A stretch of 64,000 nt of DNA, taken from NCBI GenBank assembly GCA_002269645.1, contig NIVC01002061.1, forward strand, positions 77,838 through 141,837, in the 5' to 3' direction. This document shows positions 29,801 through 41,877 of the stretch, in pieces. The translations under genes and the position numbers were made by a program. Source of the stretch: Macrostomum lignano. Taxonomy: Eukaryota. Numbering within the stretch: position 1 is the stretch's first letter; every line of letters begins with the position of its first letter. A model generated the notes under the pieces. That model was given only the letters and a program-made list of their open reading frames with translations, searched no databases and was not told where the DNA came from.

Positions 29801-32312
29801 AGGATGGCAGAGATCCAGGCAGACGGGATGTTTCCAGCGTCGCCATCGAGAATCTCTAGAGGAACTCCTAGCATCAGAAGATTTGCAAAGCACTTTGGTA
29901 AGTTGTTTACTAAAGGCCTTTTATCGGTTAAAATGTCGATTTCGGCTTCTTGAAGGGCTTCAAAAAGTTGACCCTCTTCTCTAAAAAGATGTTCCAGTCC
30001 TACGGAGCAGCTCCGCAGTTTTTTTTCGAGCTTTTTTAGCTGCTGTTCAGTTCTTAGTCTCTCTTGCATTTGCTTTGTTCCCAGTTTGTCTACCAGCTCT
30101 CTTTTGCGTTCTAACAAAGCCGGGAAGGTTTTCCTTGACTTCTCATCAAGCTTCAGCTTTATGCATTGTACATACAGCTTTGCTAGTAAGAAATTGTCGT
30201 TGCAATCACTGGCTGCGTTCAATACTTTTGCAAACGTTAGGGCAAGTGTCTTTGATGCCTTCAGTATTTCGATTTGCTTATTTCGAATGCCAGCTCTTCT
30301 TAACGAGCTGACCTCAATTTCTTCAGGAGATTTAATATTGTACTCCTTTCTCAGTAGTTGACTGTATTCTAGCCACAGAGCCGTCAGGGGCAAGCATTCT
30401 TGTGCCAAGTTCGTCTGGTCTCCCGCGTCAATTTTAATCAGCAGTGCGACGGCACTTTTCATAGTTCCACCTGGGAAACTATCGAAATCGGACTGCTGGA
30501 GTTGCTGCGCGAACGGAATTTCTCTATTTAAATTTTCATTAACCAGCTTTTGAGCGAGCTCGCGACTTAGGTCACTGAGAAGCTCCCGTTCCGCTTTTGG
30601 TCTCCTTCCACTAAAAGCTGTTACTGTTGGCAACGATGCAACAATTTCTTTTTCCTCTTCGGTGTATTCTTGAGACTTGCTTTTAGTAGATCTGACCATT
30701 TCTTTGAACACAACGAGAATGATTTCAGCTTTTTCTCTCAGATTCCGAAGACTTTGCAAGCACTCTTGCCCTCTAAGTATTTCCAACTCGACAAAAACTA
30801 CAATGACATGGGAGACTTCGGCCAATAGGCGAGCTTGCTCATCGAACTCTAAAACGTTTCCTCGAAGATTTGCTGTCAAGAATGGCCGGGCCATGCCGGC
30901 CGAAGTGCTTGTCTTCGACGGCAGAAACACTGTGGCCTCAACCAGACCGTTGCTGCAAAGCCTTCGAGTTTGTCCGCCGAAGCAGTCTCTGTGAAAGAAT
31001 GTCTCATGACTGCTGCCATTGATAAGAGAGTTCAGCAGCTTGGACTTGGACACAGGCAGCTCTCCGATCCTCACAAAGGACACCACTGGAAGCGGGTAAT
31101 CTGAAACTAGACTGGTCTCGACGTACTGACCGTTCGGATCTCGAAATTGGAGAATGATGTCTCTCAGGCTCCAGTTGCTCATCACTAATGAGTCCTTCTC
31201 ATCTCGGTAGATAAGTGGAAAAGCCAACTTGCAGGCAAACAGAGTCTTGCACAGGATTTGCTGCACCTCCTGGTCGCAGCAGAGGTAGCAGCAGAGAAGA
31301 GCATCGATTGGGTTGACTCCTTCCTCCGAATTATCCTCTTCTTCCTCTTGCAAACTAATTTTTGATTGCAAAAGGATGCTGGAATCCGGCCTAACAGCTC
31401 GTCCGTCATAATTAAAAAGCTGTCTTAGTAGATACCAGGACGTTTGAGTTGGCTCCAGGCTCTCTGGTGCCTCAATGTTAGATGCTACGACTTTAATTAT
31501 TTGCGTGAAAGGTATGGACATTGGAAACCAGTCACTCATTCCTATTTTAGTCACCATTTCTCTCAAACCAGAGTTTTCCGTGTAAGTTTCTTGAGTCTGC
31601 CTATCTTTTTGTGCTTCAATTTCGTGCGAGTCAACTTCAAGAGATTTCTTATGAGTTGTCTCGACATCTTCAGCCTCACTTTCCGATTCGGACCTCTCAG
31701 AGCGCTGCGCTTCGTCATCATTGCCTGGCTCAGTAGCTGGAGAGTCAGTAGCCGTGTTGGAGTGTCCAGCTTGGTTTTCTTGGCTGTCGAGTTCATCGCA
31801 CTGCATGGCAGCTCCCTTTTCGTCATCAGTCTCTTGATCCGAACAGTTGTTAGGAACTCTCACACAGGCTTCGGGTTGAATCTGGATGTCTCCTGACTGT
31901 AGAGTCAACAGGTACTCCAAGAGAGCATTAATATCCACTGAGCAGCATTTTCCGGGTTCCTGGTTATGCATCTTCTTTCCTGGCAAATTTCCTTCTATAT
32001 CTTTTCTGGTGCTTTCCTTTTTTGTCTGATATTTCTGAACTTTCGCTATAGCATCTCTGTTTTCAACAAAAAGAGATTTTATTTCATCCAGTTGTCTTAA
32101 AACACGGTCTGCCATTTCTTTGTCCTCTTGGCTGTCTTGTTGCTGAGCGAGACTCTCGTGGTCGTTTTTAAAGGTCAGATGAAAAACGCTGGGTACGGTT
32201 TTCACGGACATGCAGTACTTTTGAAGTTTGTTTTTCCACTTTTCTGCGTCTGCCTCAACCAGAAACTGACGAAGAGCGACTTCAATGGCCCTGTTCATTG
32301 ATGGCGGCTCAT
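26809..32312 (-). CDS. GVIN1-like: Very large inducible GTPase GVIN-B, main coding exon
   Basis: Uninterrupted ORF with the same G1/G2/G3 motifs, FFHRDC...NGLVE and C-terminal CPFCREPC; polypyrimidine acceptor TTTTTCATTCCAG|AT at 32313-32314 (phase 1). In-exon ATG at 32298 is an alternative start. Confidence 0.95.
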
Positions 32313-32781
32313 CTGGAATGAAAAATGGCAAAGCCAGTGGGCCAGCTGCTAGTTGCTACTAATATCAGATTAACAATTGGTCAGTTCACGTGCCTATATT
32401 TTCCATAAAAACCTGGTGCAAAAGGTATTGAACATTGATTTTGATTTCTACGACAAAAGGCGGTGCTAAAATTGTTTTAGCAATTTCAGCGCCAATTACA
32501 CAATTTTATACATCAGAGGGCTATGCGCTGGAAACAGAATCTTTCAATTATCCCATCTTCTGATCAAATGAATTGATGAAATTAATTCGAAACTTTGAAG
32601 CTTCCAAACTGGTACAACTGCGCTTGTGCCAGTGTGTGCCTGTCAAACTGCGCGTGTCCATGTGTAAAAATTAAAATTTGCGCTTGTGGATGTGTCTTTC
32701 TGTGTCTATTTCCAGGAAATATGTCTATATTTTTATAGAGAAGTCTTTACTATTGCTTTCGACCTTAAGTCTACATCTAAC

Positions 32782-33300
32782 TACATCTGAAGTCATACTC
32801 TAAGAAAAAACTTGCTATTACTAGTTTGGAGTAATAGAAATTGGAGTAAAATTGTAGTAAATAAAGATTTGAGGCAAGCATTGATCTTGTTGGTTGGGGT
32901 GCCGCACGGAATGACAGACGTCTGTCTAAAAGCATGCGTTGAAAACTCTGGCTTCTGGCCTCTCTCCGGCATTCAGGTGGTTCGAAACAACTCTGCCCTC
33001 CTCTCTCTCCTCTCTGTCTCTCTCTTCTCTCTCCTCTCTTTTTTCTACTCTTCTCTCTCCTCTTCTCTTCTCTTCTTTCCTGTCTCCCCCTTTCTCTCTG
33101 CTCTCTCCTCTATTCTCTCTTCTCACTCTTCTCTTCTTGCTACTAGCTATCTCATATCTCCTATTTTCTCTCTACTCTCTACTCTCTCTCTTCTTTACTC
33201 TCTCGCCTCTCCTCTTCTCTTCTATCTTGTCTCTCATCCCATATCTCTCACCTCTCCTCTCTTCTCTAATTTTCTATTCCTTCTATTTTCCACTCTCATC
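32782..33300 (+). repeat. CT-microsatellite-bearing dispersed element, copy 1
   Basis: TACATCTGAAGTCATACTCTAA ... GCAAGCATTGATCT ... CACGGAATGACA ... CATGCGTTG followed by a long degenerate CT tract; inverted homologue at 34270-34764, partial copy at 35760-36070. Confidence 0.8.
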
Positions 33301-34179
33301 TGGCCCTTAATTTAAAAAGATTTCCGACCCCAGCCTTAATAAGTGCTTCTAAAGCCAGTTTTAAGGAAATGGTGCTCTCAATCTCTAGCTCCACTGCAGA
33401 AGTCAAATAACTTGATAAGTTTTTCCTTGGGGGCATTTTAAATTTTAAGAGCCTTTGACTTAAGCAAAACTTTAATTGCTAATATTTCCATATGTGAATA
33501 GGGTTTGGTAGGATTGTACGAGCTATTGCATCTCTCCAACCGATCAATTTCGCTTTTACAAACCATGCCGCATTGCCAGTCTAATTCGCAGAGTTCCTCA
33601 TCCACTGTAAACTGCAAGCTGTACAGATAGATTAGAATTTCTCAATAAACTGTCATAGCTGCCATTCTGAGGCGCAGAGAACGCCATAAGTGAAGTTATT
33701 CCAAAACACTGTGTATTGCTATGCGCGATGAGGCTCTTACTCCCTCCCTGTTCTGGCACCTATTAAAAGCAGTAACTTAGTGAGTGGCCCAACACCAAGA
33801 AAAAAAGAAAAAGTTTATTGTCAATCGCTTCATGTGGAGCAAGCTCATGGCAGCCGAAAGTTAACCAATTTTAAAATCCATTTACGCTCTACACTACACA
33901 TTTGGCCAGATAAGGAAAGGAAAGAGAGGCAAGCGGAGATTGGGGCGGCTGTCTCGCTGACAAAAAGCAGATCAACTTTGAAAGCGCACAGCGCCGTTCA
34001 GGATTATCTCAAAGACTCAAGCTTTTACAGGATTGCGACAAAGTAGTTGAAAAAGATTGAATGAAAAATGACACTTTTAGCCGTTTTTTTATTTTAGATA
34101 AGAAAACTTGAATTCAGGATACTTTAAGATAGCCTAAAATCTTCTCCGTAGTGAGTTTAAAGTAGTGCAAAATTTAATG

Positions 34180-34764
34180 CAATTTGGTTGAGCGGTTTGG
34201 GAGTCCATAGCGACCAAATTTGTACACACACAGAGGGCAGACAGACATAGTTTCAATTTTATGCCCTTATAAAAAAGAAAAGAGAAAAATAAGAGAAATA
34301 AGAGAGTAAGTATGAGAGACGAGAGATAAAAAACAAAGAGAAGTAAGAATAGATATGAGATATGAGAGAGTAGAGAAGAGAGGAGAGAGGAGAGGAGACA
34401 TAAAAAAGAGGAAACAGGAGAGAGTAGAGGGGGATCGAGAAGACACGAGAGGAGAGAAAAATATATAGAGATAAGAGAAAAGAGAGTAGAGAGTAGAAAG
34501 AAGAGAAGAGTTGAGGAGAGAGGAGAGAGAGAAGAGTGCAGAGAGGTTTCAAACGACCCGAATGACGGAGAGAGAGAGAGAGGCAGAGGCCAGAGGCCAG
34601 AATTTGCAACGCATGGTTTAGACAGACATTGCTTGTCATTCCGTGTTGCATTGACGAGATCAATGCTTGCTCTGAATTTATTTTTAAACGAATTTAATCC
34701 TATTTTTGTCTACCTCTATCCTAAGCATTAACAAGGTTTTTGTTAGAGTATGACTTCAGATGTA
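34180..34764 (-). repeat. CT-microsatellite-bearing element, copy 2 (inverted), adjoining a Helentron/DINE-1-like motif
   Basis: Reverse complement matches copy 1 block by block; adjacent plus-strand TTTGGTTGAGCGGTTTGGGAG...ACAGACAGACA resembles non-autonomous Helentron cores. Confidence 0.7.
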
Positions 34765-35054
34765 CGAATGTTTGCAAAATAGTTCCAGGGATTGGAATTC
34801 AGCGGGTTCAAAGTCCGCGGGTATCCACAGCTTGAGTTCATATGAAAGGCATTAAATTTGTAAAACAAATCCTAGCCGTCTGTAAATTTTCACCTCATAA
34901 AATAGATTACTGCAAAACCGAAAATTCACGAATTGTATCCACATTTCGCAGCAAGTGGGTAGGAGAAAGAGAGAATTATTTTTACGTGTAATCTTAGGTA
35001 ATGACAGTGTAATACGTTGCAACTTTGTGAGTTAGTTATTGTCCCTTTTCAAAC

Positions 35055-35520
35055 GTTACCGTGACAAGAATAGCTAAAAAAGTCACGAGCGCATTAGGTG
35101 AGTTTCAAAATCGTAAAGTCGCAAAAAGTCGTCCCAGAGTTGTTGTCTTAACGCTTAGCTTTCTACGAGCTACGAACGCACGTAGACTACATAATAGAGT
35201 TAGTACAAATGCAAAATGCGATTATAATTCATAAGTGACGCAGATGCGCTATAGACACAACTCAGTGATATTCTACAGCGACTCTGGCACGCCTAAAATG
35301 CGACTATACGTCCCCAGAGTCACTTGCGTCGCCCCAGAGTCGTTTCAGAGTTGCAGACAATAAAATGCCTTAAACAGACTATTAGGCGACTCTTTCTTGA
35401 ATTTTCGGGCGACTTTTACCGCCACGTCTCGTCGTTTTAGAGTTGTCTACAGTTAAACCAATCTTACCTATTCTACCGTGTTACCTGAAACTAAGCGGGG
35501 ACGACGCAAGTGACGATTAT
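35055..35520. mobile_element. MITE-like element with repeated GTCGC/CCCAGAGT motifs
   Basis: Repeated AGTCG/CCCAGAGT motifs in both orientations; internal inverted pair GTCACTTGCGTCGCCCC (about 35320) / GGGACGACGCAAGTGAC (about 35498). Termini not resolved. Confidence 0.4.
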
Positions 35521-36229
35521 TAGTCTGGGTACCTTTTTCATCAAAACTTGATTGGTGCAGCTTCCCTTGAGGCAAATTGTACATCTTTTTGATTATCGTG
35601 CATCTTTGACTCTTTTCCTTGATATGCAAAAAATTTGCAGCGTTCTTTTTAGCAAGAACGTAAGAACGAATAAGAACGTTCTCACAGCAAAAACTTTAGG
35701 CAATAGCCCGTCATTTCTTGGTTTTCTAGCGCGCTTTTGCCTAGAACATGGTTGGCAAACTCCTCTTCCTCTCTCCAGCGCTCGGTCCTTTGAAACTTCA
35801 AAATAGCAATCCCGCCCGCTCAAGGTTCGCGACGCTTCTCAACTCCCCTTCTCCCTGCTCTCCTCTCCTCTTCCTTCTTTCCTCTTCTCTCCCTTCCACT
35901 TTCCCTTCCTTTCTCTCCCCTCCTATTTTATCCCTCTTCTCTTCTCGTATCTTTTCTTTTCCCGTTCCCTCAACTTTCCTTTCTCACATCTCTTTTCTCT
36001 CTTTTCTATTCCCTTTCCTCTCTTCCCCTCCTCTGGCCCGCATTCATGCGCTAGGTTCTCTGTCTGGCCCTTAAAAGGTAAAACTTTTGTCGACCCTTTC
36101 CTTAGAAAATATGGCTATGAAAAAACATACAGCTGGACGGAATAAGAACGTAACATTATAACACATATGAATTATAAGACATTTATTATATGAAGATTGA
36201 CCCTCTTAATTGCCAAAGTTTCAACTCAC

Positions 36230-36289
36230 CTTCGTCACGCCCTTCGGCCATTTCGCTGCTCGCTCAGCCACCTGCAGCGCTTTCCAGGC
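36230..36289 (-). CDS. Start-codon mini-exon of GVIN-B (ATG at 36251, MAEGRDE, phase 1)
   Basis: Strong acceptor TTTTACTTTTTTGCACAG| and donor GAAG|GTGAGT; ATG in good context (GAAATGG) with in-frame upstream TGA; G|AT joins to 32312 in frame (MAEGRDE-D-EPPSMNR), giving 5526 nt / 1841 aa. Confidence 0.75.
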
Positions 36290-36379
36290 CTGTGCAAAAA
36301 AGTAAAACGGTTTCCGCGTGTAGTTAAATGATCTTTGTAGAAGTAAACTAGCTATTTATATGTCTATCTCCGCTTGAAC

Positions 36380-36650
36380 AGTTGCACCGACTACAGGCAG
36401 ACCCACTCTGCGATGCCAAACCTAAACAGGAAAGTCTTTGAATATCTGATCTCACTCTTAACAGAACCGACCTCAGGGAGATGAGTGTGGTCCTAACCGG
36501 CCATGGATTGTTTAAGAGACATATCTTGCTTTAAACCGGCTGCCATACCACTTGTCTCATCATAGAAGAGAAGAGAAGACCACGAAGCATCACGCTACCT
36601 TCTGCCCTTACTTCAATAAGGCGCGACACAAACAACTCGACTAAAGATTT
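36380..36650 (+). mobile_element. LINE (I/R1/LOA-like) ORF2 C-terminal zinc-knuckle remnant
   Basis: Degenerate translation [22 protein letters not shown] ... C ... EE/TTKHHATFCPYFNKAR matches the LLTGH...C..C..E..ET..H....CP signature. Confidence 0.75.
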
Positions 36651-37479
36651 TATCTATCAAAATCCGCATGAATGAGCCACACAAAAAGCCAAAGTAAAAA
36701 GAAGTCCAAGCGAGATAAGACTAGTTTACAGAGGCAAAAAGTAAAGATAAGAGATAAGACGCTTAAAGGAGACGATTAGAGGTTGGTAGTGGAAACATAA
36801 GGTGATAAGAGTTTAACAGCCACACTTCATTCGAGATAGCAGTCAACATCAAGGTCAGCAGAGGTACCAGGCAAAGCCAGTCGGTGCGGTGCGGCCACCA
36901 AGACGGCGAGATAGCACGACTGGTGGGCGAGATAAAGCAATGGTCTGAGCGCAAAAATTCGGCCGACTGAAGAGGGAGAAGCAGCGGCCCCGCCCAACAC
37001 CCATGACCGATGGCCTGGATGGGGTGGTCTGATGGGCGCAAAGATCAGAAAATGGACTCCAGACTTCTTCTAATCACCCTGACTCAACCTAAACTAAAAT
37101 AACATATTCCAGACACGAAATAATTTATCTCACCCCGTAGCAACCCGCTAGTTTAGTGTAAAAAATGTTGCTGCGTCTGTTTATTTGAACCCTGCGTTGC
37201 TAAGAGGGAATTCACCCCCTCCAGCGGCAGGGACGTGTCTTGACATAAAAAATACTTCAGTAGACACGGCCTCGGCCCTTGAGCGGGACCTCTCGCTTTG
37301 TGCTGGAACTCTGTTCAGTAGGTCTCCCAAACACTTGATTTTTATTGTTTATCCTATATACTAAAAATTTATGCTAAAGCCACGGAAAGAATTTAACTAA
37401 AGAGATCTCTATCGTAAGCCATCTATCTAAAAATTCAATCAATATATCTCAACCACAAACTTCACGATTCCCGCTTTAC

Positions 37480-37930
37480 GGGACTGTGGACATAAAGCAG
37501 AAGCTCATCACCTTGCTGAGCACTTTGGCACCTGCAGGCTTAATTAATGTTAACAGTAACAGGAGTGCTTGCATACCAATTGTGCTTTCATTCACGGACC
37601 ACTCTGCCAATATTGTGTACAAAATACGCGCAACTACAAGTATCTTCGATCAAACTGCCTTTCCTATATCCAAAGGTACAAATGAACCACCTTTCAGGCG
37701 ATAAAGTGTACATATTAGTCGAACTGTGTACGACGTTGATTTTCCCGATTTACCAAAGGGATTCCAGCACAAGCAGCGAGTCAAGTCAGCGGTGCATCCG
37801 ACAGCTCATCGGTTGCGCAGCCTAAGAGATTCGATGCAAAAAGACATCGACCAACTGCAGCAGCAAGGCATCATCGAGGAATTCAAGGCCCTGGATTGAG
37901 TGTGAAACCTAGTTGTGGTGCCAAAGTCTA
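37480..37930 (+). mobile_element. Degenerate Ty3/Gypsy protease-RT junction fragment
   Basis: Reads ...HRLRSLRDSMQKDIDQLQQQGIIEEFKALD*V*NLVVVPK, matching the RT N-terminal ELD.L...GIIE...SEW.SPLVVVPK motif; has stops. Confidence 0.75.
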
Positions 37931-38114
37931 GACTCTAGACCAACAAAAAGGAACAACTCATTCTTTTACATTAACCTATACTTCTTATTCACTACTTTCA
38001 ATAGTATCTAAATTAAAACTAATTCTTAGAAGTGAAAAAATTTACTGTAACCAGATTTGGAAACGTTCCGTTGCATAACTCAATTTTGAACGAAAAGAAA
38101 TGATAGTCACTTAC

Positions 38115-38164
38115 CGATATTTGCCGATTCGTCTTTTGATTATTCTTTGTGGATTCTCAGTAAC
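38115..38164 (-). other. Putative 5'UTR exon of GVIN-B (50 nt)
   Basis: Acceptor TTTCTACTTTTACAG| and donor ATCG|GTAAGT on the same strand as GVIN-B. Confidence 0.55.
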
Positions 38165-38361
38165 CTGTAAAAGTAGAAATAAAAAGTACTGTAGATAACT
38201 TTTAGCTCTTGTACTCTCATATTCGGTGATGATAACTCCTGAGCTTTAGAATACCCAGCCATTGAAATTAAAGTACCTACATGTATCCTTTCTATTCTCG
38301 AGAAAGCATGCAAATTTATAATAATTTTGCCAATCTACGAGCGTAGCATGCATGCACGAAG

Positions 38362-38697
38362 CGGAGCAGTTCAAGATCAGACGCGCCTGACTCGATCGCA
38401 CCGCGCGACGTGGTTCAATTCCGTGCGCGGTCATATTTATTTGGGGCTTGTGCACGACATTTGGACTTGAGGACCAACCCCTCCCCCCAAAGCACATGAG
38501 AGTGTACATGCCTGACGGTTAGAAAGTAAGGGCTGCTATACACCCTGTGTGAGCGTGTGCATGAGTGCGTGTCTGTGTACAGTATTGGCGCGCTTGCGTG
38601 TGCTCAGAAATCAGCTAAGAATTGCCTCACCGCTTGCTATGCGACGATGCCCTCCTGTTATTATTGTTGTTATTATTATTAATTATTATTATTACCA
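38362..38697 (+). mobile_element. tRNA-derived SINE, family 1 variant with (TTA)n tail
   Basis: B box GGTTCAATTCC at 38412-38422; body shares TTTGGGGCT, GTGTACATGCCTGACG, AGGGCTGCTATACACCCTGTGTGAG; ATT-repeat tail. Confidence 0.75.
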
Positions 38698-39139
38698 TTT
38701 TAATATTGTTGGTACACATGTGTACACGTATTGGGCCTCTCTGATAACCAATACACACTGACTTTTCCACTTTTCCACGTGGTACATGGCATGCTGTAGT
38801 AAGGGACAGAGTTGCAGATCACAGCTTAAGCAATTATGTTTATCTGCAACATACTCTGATTCGTTGCTGATACCTGACAACTGCTGTGCAACGCAACAAC
38901 AACTACGGCTCGTACAGTAACATGACTATATGTCAAAAATGTCTGCACTTACACAGCAAAATTAAACTAACTTCCCATTTTGAATTAACTTCGAACTCCT
39001 TTTTGTCCTACATGAATTATACATGTACTGAAGTACTATTCAACACGTCTGAATTTGTTAAATATAAACTGACATAAAGTGATCAAAGCCATTCCGAAAT
39101 TAAATATCCAAACAAAATAGTCAGACTACCTTCACTTAC

Positions 39140-39200
39140 CTTCTCTGTCGGTAGTGTGCAGTTCGCTAGACTAACCAGTATTGAAACCGGTTTTGAAGCA
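39140..39200 (-). other. Putative first (non-coding) exon of GVIN-B; 5' boundary approximate
   Basis: Strong donor GAAG|GTAAGT at 39139; Inr-like TTAGTC nearby; no ORF. Confidence 0.4.
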
Positions 39201-40529
39201 GCGCATTTTTATTCTCAATTGGTATATCCTATTTATACACAGATTGTAGTATGGGTTGGTTCAACATGGACGCACTTGCACTGGGGAGATAGGCGGCAAT
39301 GATAAAGGATGTGGCGCAGCACCACAGCAATCTATAGGCCCAGGGGAGAGATAAGGGTTGTAATTTGCGGAGAGATAGGGTGAGAGCGAGCACTTGCGCG
39401 AGGGTTTTCACAAACTCAAAATTTCACAACGCCGAAAACTACTGCATGGTTCTTGTTACAGTAAGTTTTCTGCGTTGTAAAAAGGTCCGCGGCAAGCTGG
39501 CGTAAGGCTCAGCCATGGATGTTGCTAAGCAGCGCTCGAACTTGTTGAGCCGGGTAAATAATAGCGTCATTCGCACGAAAAGTGCAGGTGCAGGCTTTTA
39601 GTTCGCTTTGCGCTCAGAGGGCGGTAGGCTATATCAGCTCTAGCCCCCACCCTTAGCCAACTTTGTCTGACGGCTTCTTACTCTCCGCTCTTCATGTACC
39701 TGTGTGCAACGTTAGTTGTCTAATCGCCAAACTGCTGCCACAAAATGCCTCTGCGTTAACTGCCTTTACTTCTCCCCCCCCCTGCGTGGTCTTTAGGTGC
39801 GTCCCTGTTAGACTTAGGCAAGCGAGGGCTTAGGGTGTTACCTGGGTTTTTTAATTAAAACAAAAAAGTGCAAAAATGAACTAGTTTCTTCATCAACATT
39901 AATATAGGCTTTCAATTGCTCGCAAGTGTATACAAAATGGGGTAGCTGAATTTTACCGTCCCACTCTGCCATTTGATACGGTGTGCGATCCATTCAAGTT
40001 TCTGCAAAAAAACATTTGATAGAGCCAATTTTAAAGCAAAAGCTCGGTAAAGAAGAAAAGTAGCCAATTTCGCATCAGGATGCCAGGAAGACAAATATAT
40101 CAGCACATTATTTCAATAAATTCATACAGTCTCAGACATGTTGACTGGTGGCTTTAGCAGTTGAATGGTTATTAGATCATGGTTGAAAACTAAATACCAA
40201 CGGAAGCGGTTGGGTCGTAGCGAAAATCTGTTAGATTGATCTGTGCCTTTTACTCCCAGTAGGTGAGCGACTCAGATACTATAATGCCTGCCGCATTGCC
40301 AAATTTGAGCTGCCTCTGCCCTGAAAGCCAAAAAGGCTGTCATCAACTCTCCAACCTTGTTTCTTGTATGCCTGCCTTACAGTGCAGTACGGCAGCCATG
40401 CTCAGAGTCAGTTCCCGCAGCTGGGCTCCCCTGCCACCACCCAGTTTCAGTTTCAGATTGAGATTTCAAAGAAAAAACAAAGTAACAAAAAGAAAATGGG
40501 TAACTTAAAAACACATGAATTGTTAGTAT

Positions 40530-40895
40530 GGGAGTGATGCTAAGGGAATGATGCTGAGGGGAGTGATGCTGAGTGGATAATGCAGAGGGGATGATGCTGA
40601 GTGGATAATGCTGAGCGGATAATGCTGAGCGGATGATGCTGGGGGAGTGATGCTGAGGGGATGATGCTGAGTGGATAATGCTGAGGGAATGATGCTGAGG
40701 GGATGATCCTGAGGGGAGTGATGCTGAGGGAAGTGATGCTGAGGATATGATGCTGAGGGGATGATGCTGGGGGAGTGATGCTGAGGGAAGTGATGCTGAG
40801 GATATGATGCTGAGGGGATGATGCTGGGGGAGTGATGCTGAGGGAAGTGATGCTGAGGATATGATGCTGAGGGGATGATGCTGAGCGGGAATGAT
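40530..40895. repeat. 15-16 bp minisatellite GATGATGCTGAGGGG family (related to 5528-5995)
   Basis: Same core TGATGCTGAGG unit; flanking right-hand sequence GGGAATGA...AACGAT.GTG is also shared with the 5.5-kb array. Confidence 0.92.
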
Positions 40896-41685
40896 GTTGA
40901 GTTGGAACGATGGTGCGGAGGGAGCGATTTCAGCCCGGTAGCCATTTTATAGCTTGCTAGCTCCAGTTAGCTCATGTTCGTCTCAGTATGCACTGCGATT
41001 ACGGTACGCAATTCCCTTCCACATTCAATTTAAACTATATGTGCAAAAGAGAACCATCGAGACAAACCAGATGTTTTCAGCAGGACTGCAACACTTCCGG
41101 TCTCAGATCTCAGCTGACAGATCTCTACCACTCTCACACAGTCGCACGCACGGTTCCGCCAGCTCACAGCCTGCTCACTGCCTGCTTACAGCTATATTTA
41201 TCCACAGCTTCCCATGCATCGCCGTTCAAGAAGCACCTCGGGGAGCCATTGGAGTTCTAAGAGAGCGAAGAAAATTAGCACATACAGGAGTACAGACTTA
41301 TTGGAGGCGGCGACACAGAGAGACAGAAAGAGACAGGCGCAGGCGGGCGGGGGGAAGCAGGCGGGGAGGTTTCTGATTGAGAACTATCCGTAAATGAAGT
41401 TGATGAAGCCTTGATGAAGCTGCTGACATGATATACATGCAACAGTTCCCCAGCTGAAGGGACGCGAGAAGTCGGGAGCGATCAGACGCTTTACGCCGGT
41501 CAAAAAGCAGATAAAATCTGTAGGCCTGTAAATCTGTACGAATTTTCATTGATGGGTCTCAATTTTTAGAAAAATTGTTACGATATTTTCTCCCCTGCAT
41601 TTAACAAATAATGCGTCTTTGCGTCTTCTCAGCTTTTCCACAATTGGCTCCTTAAAACCTCTTCAGGCTGGGCCCAAAAGTTTTC

Positions 41686-41877
41686 ATCTCCGTTCCAGTC
41701 GGATGGTGAGCAATGCAAACCATAGACTATTGGCTCAGAACTTGACCACAGATATTTTCTATCTCCGTTCCGGTCGGCATGGTAAGCAATGCAAACCATA
41801 GACTATTGGCTCAGAACTTGACCACAGATATTTTCTATCTCCGTTCCGGTCGGCATGGTAAGCAATGCAAACCATAG
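41686..41877. repeat. 75-76 bp tandem duplication (about 2.5 copies)
   Basis: ATCTCCGTTCC starts at 41686, 41761, 41837; units near-identical. Confidence 0.9.

Noticed and set aside
32812-36074. Leu/Ser/Phe-rich ORFs resembling membrane proteins
   Set aside because: Translations of degenerate CT microsatellite tracts.
41686-41877. CRISPR-like repeat periodicity
   Set aside because: Units are contiguous duplicates with no unique spacers; eukaryotic context, no cas genes.
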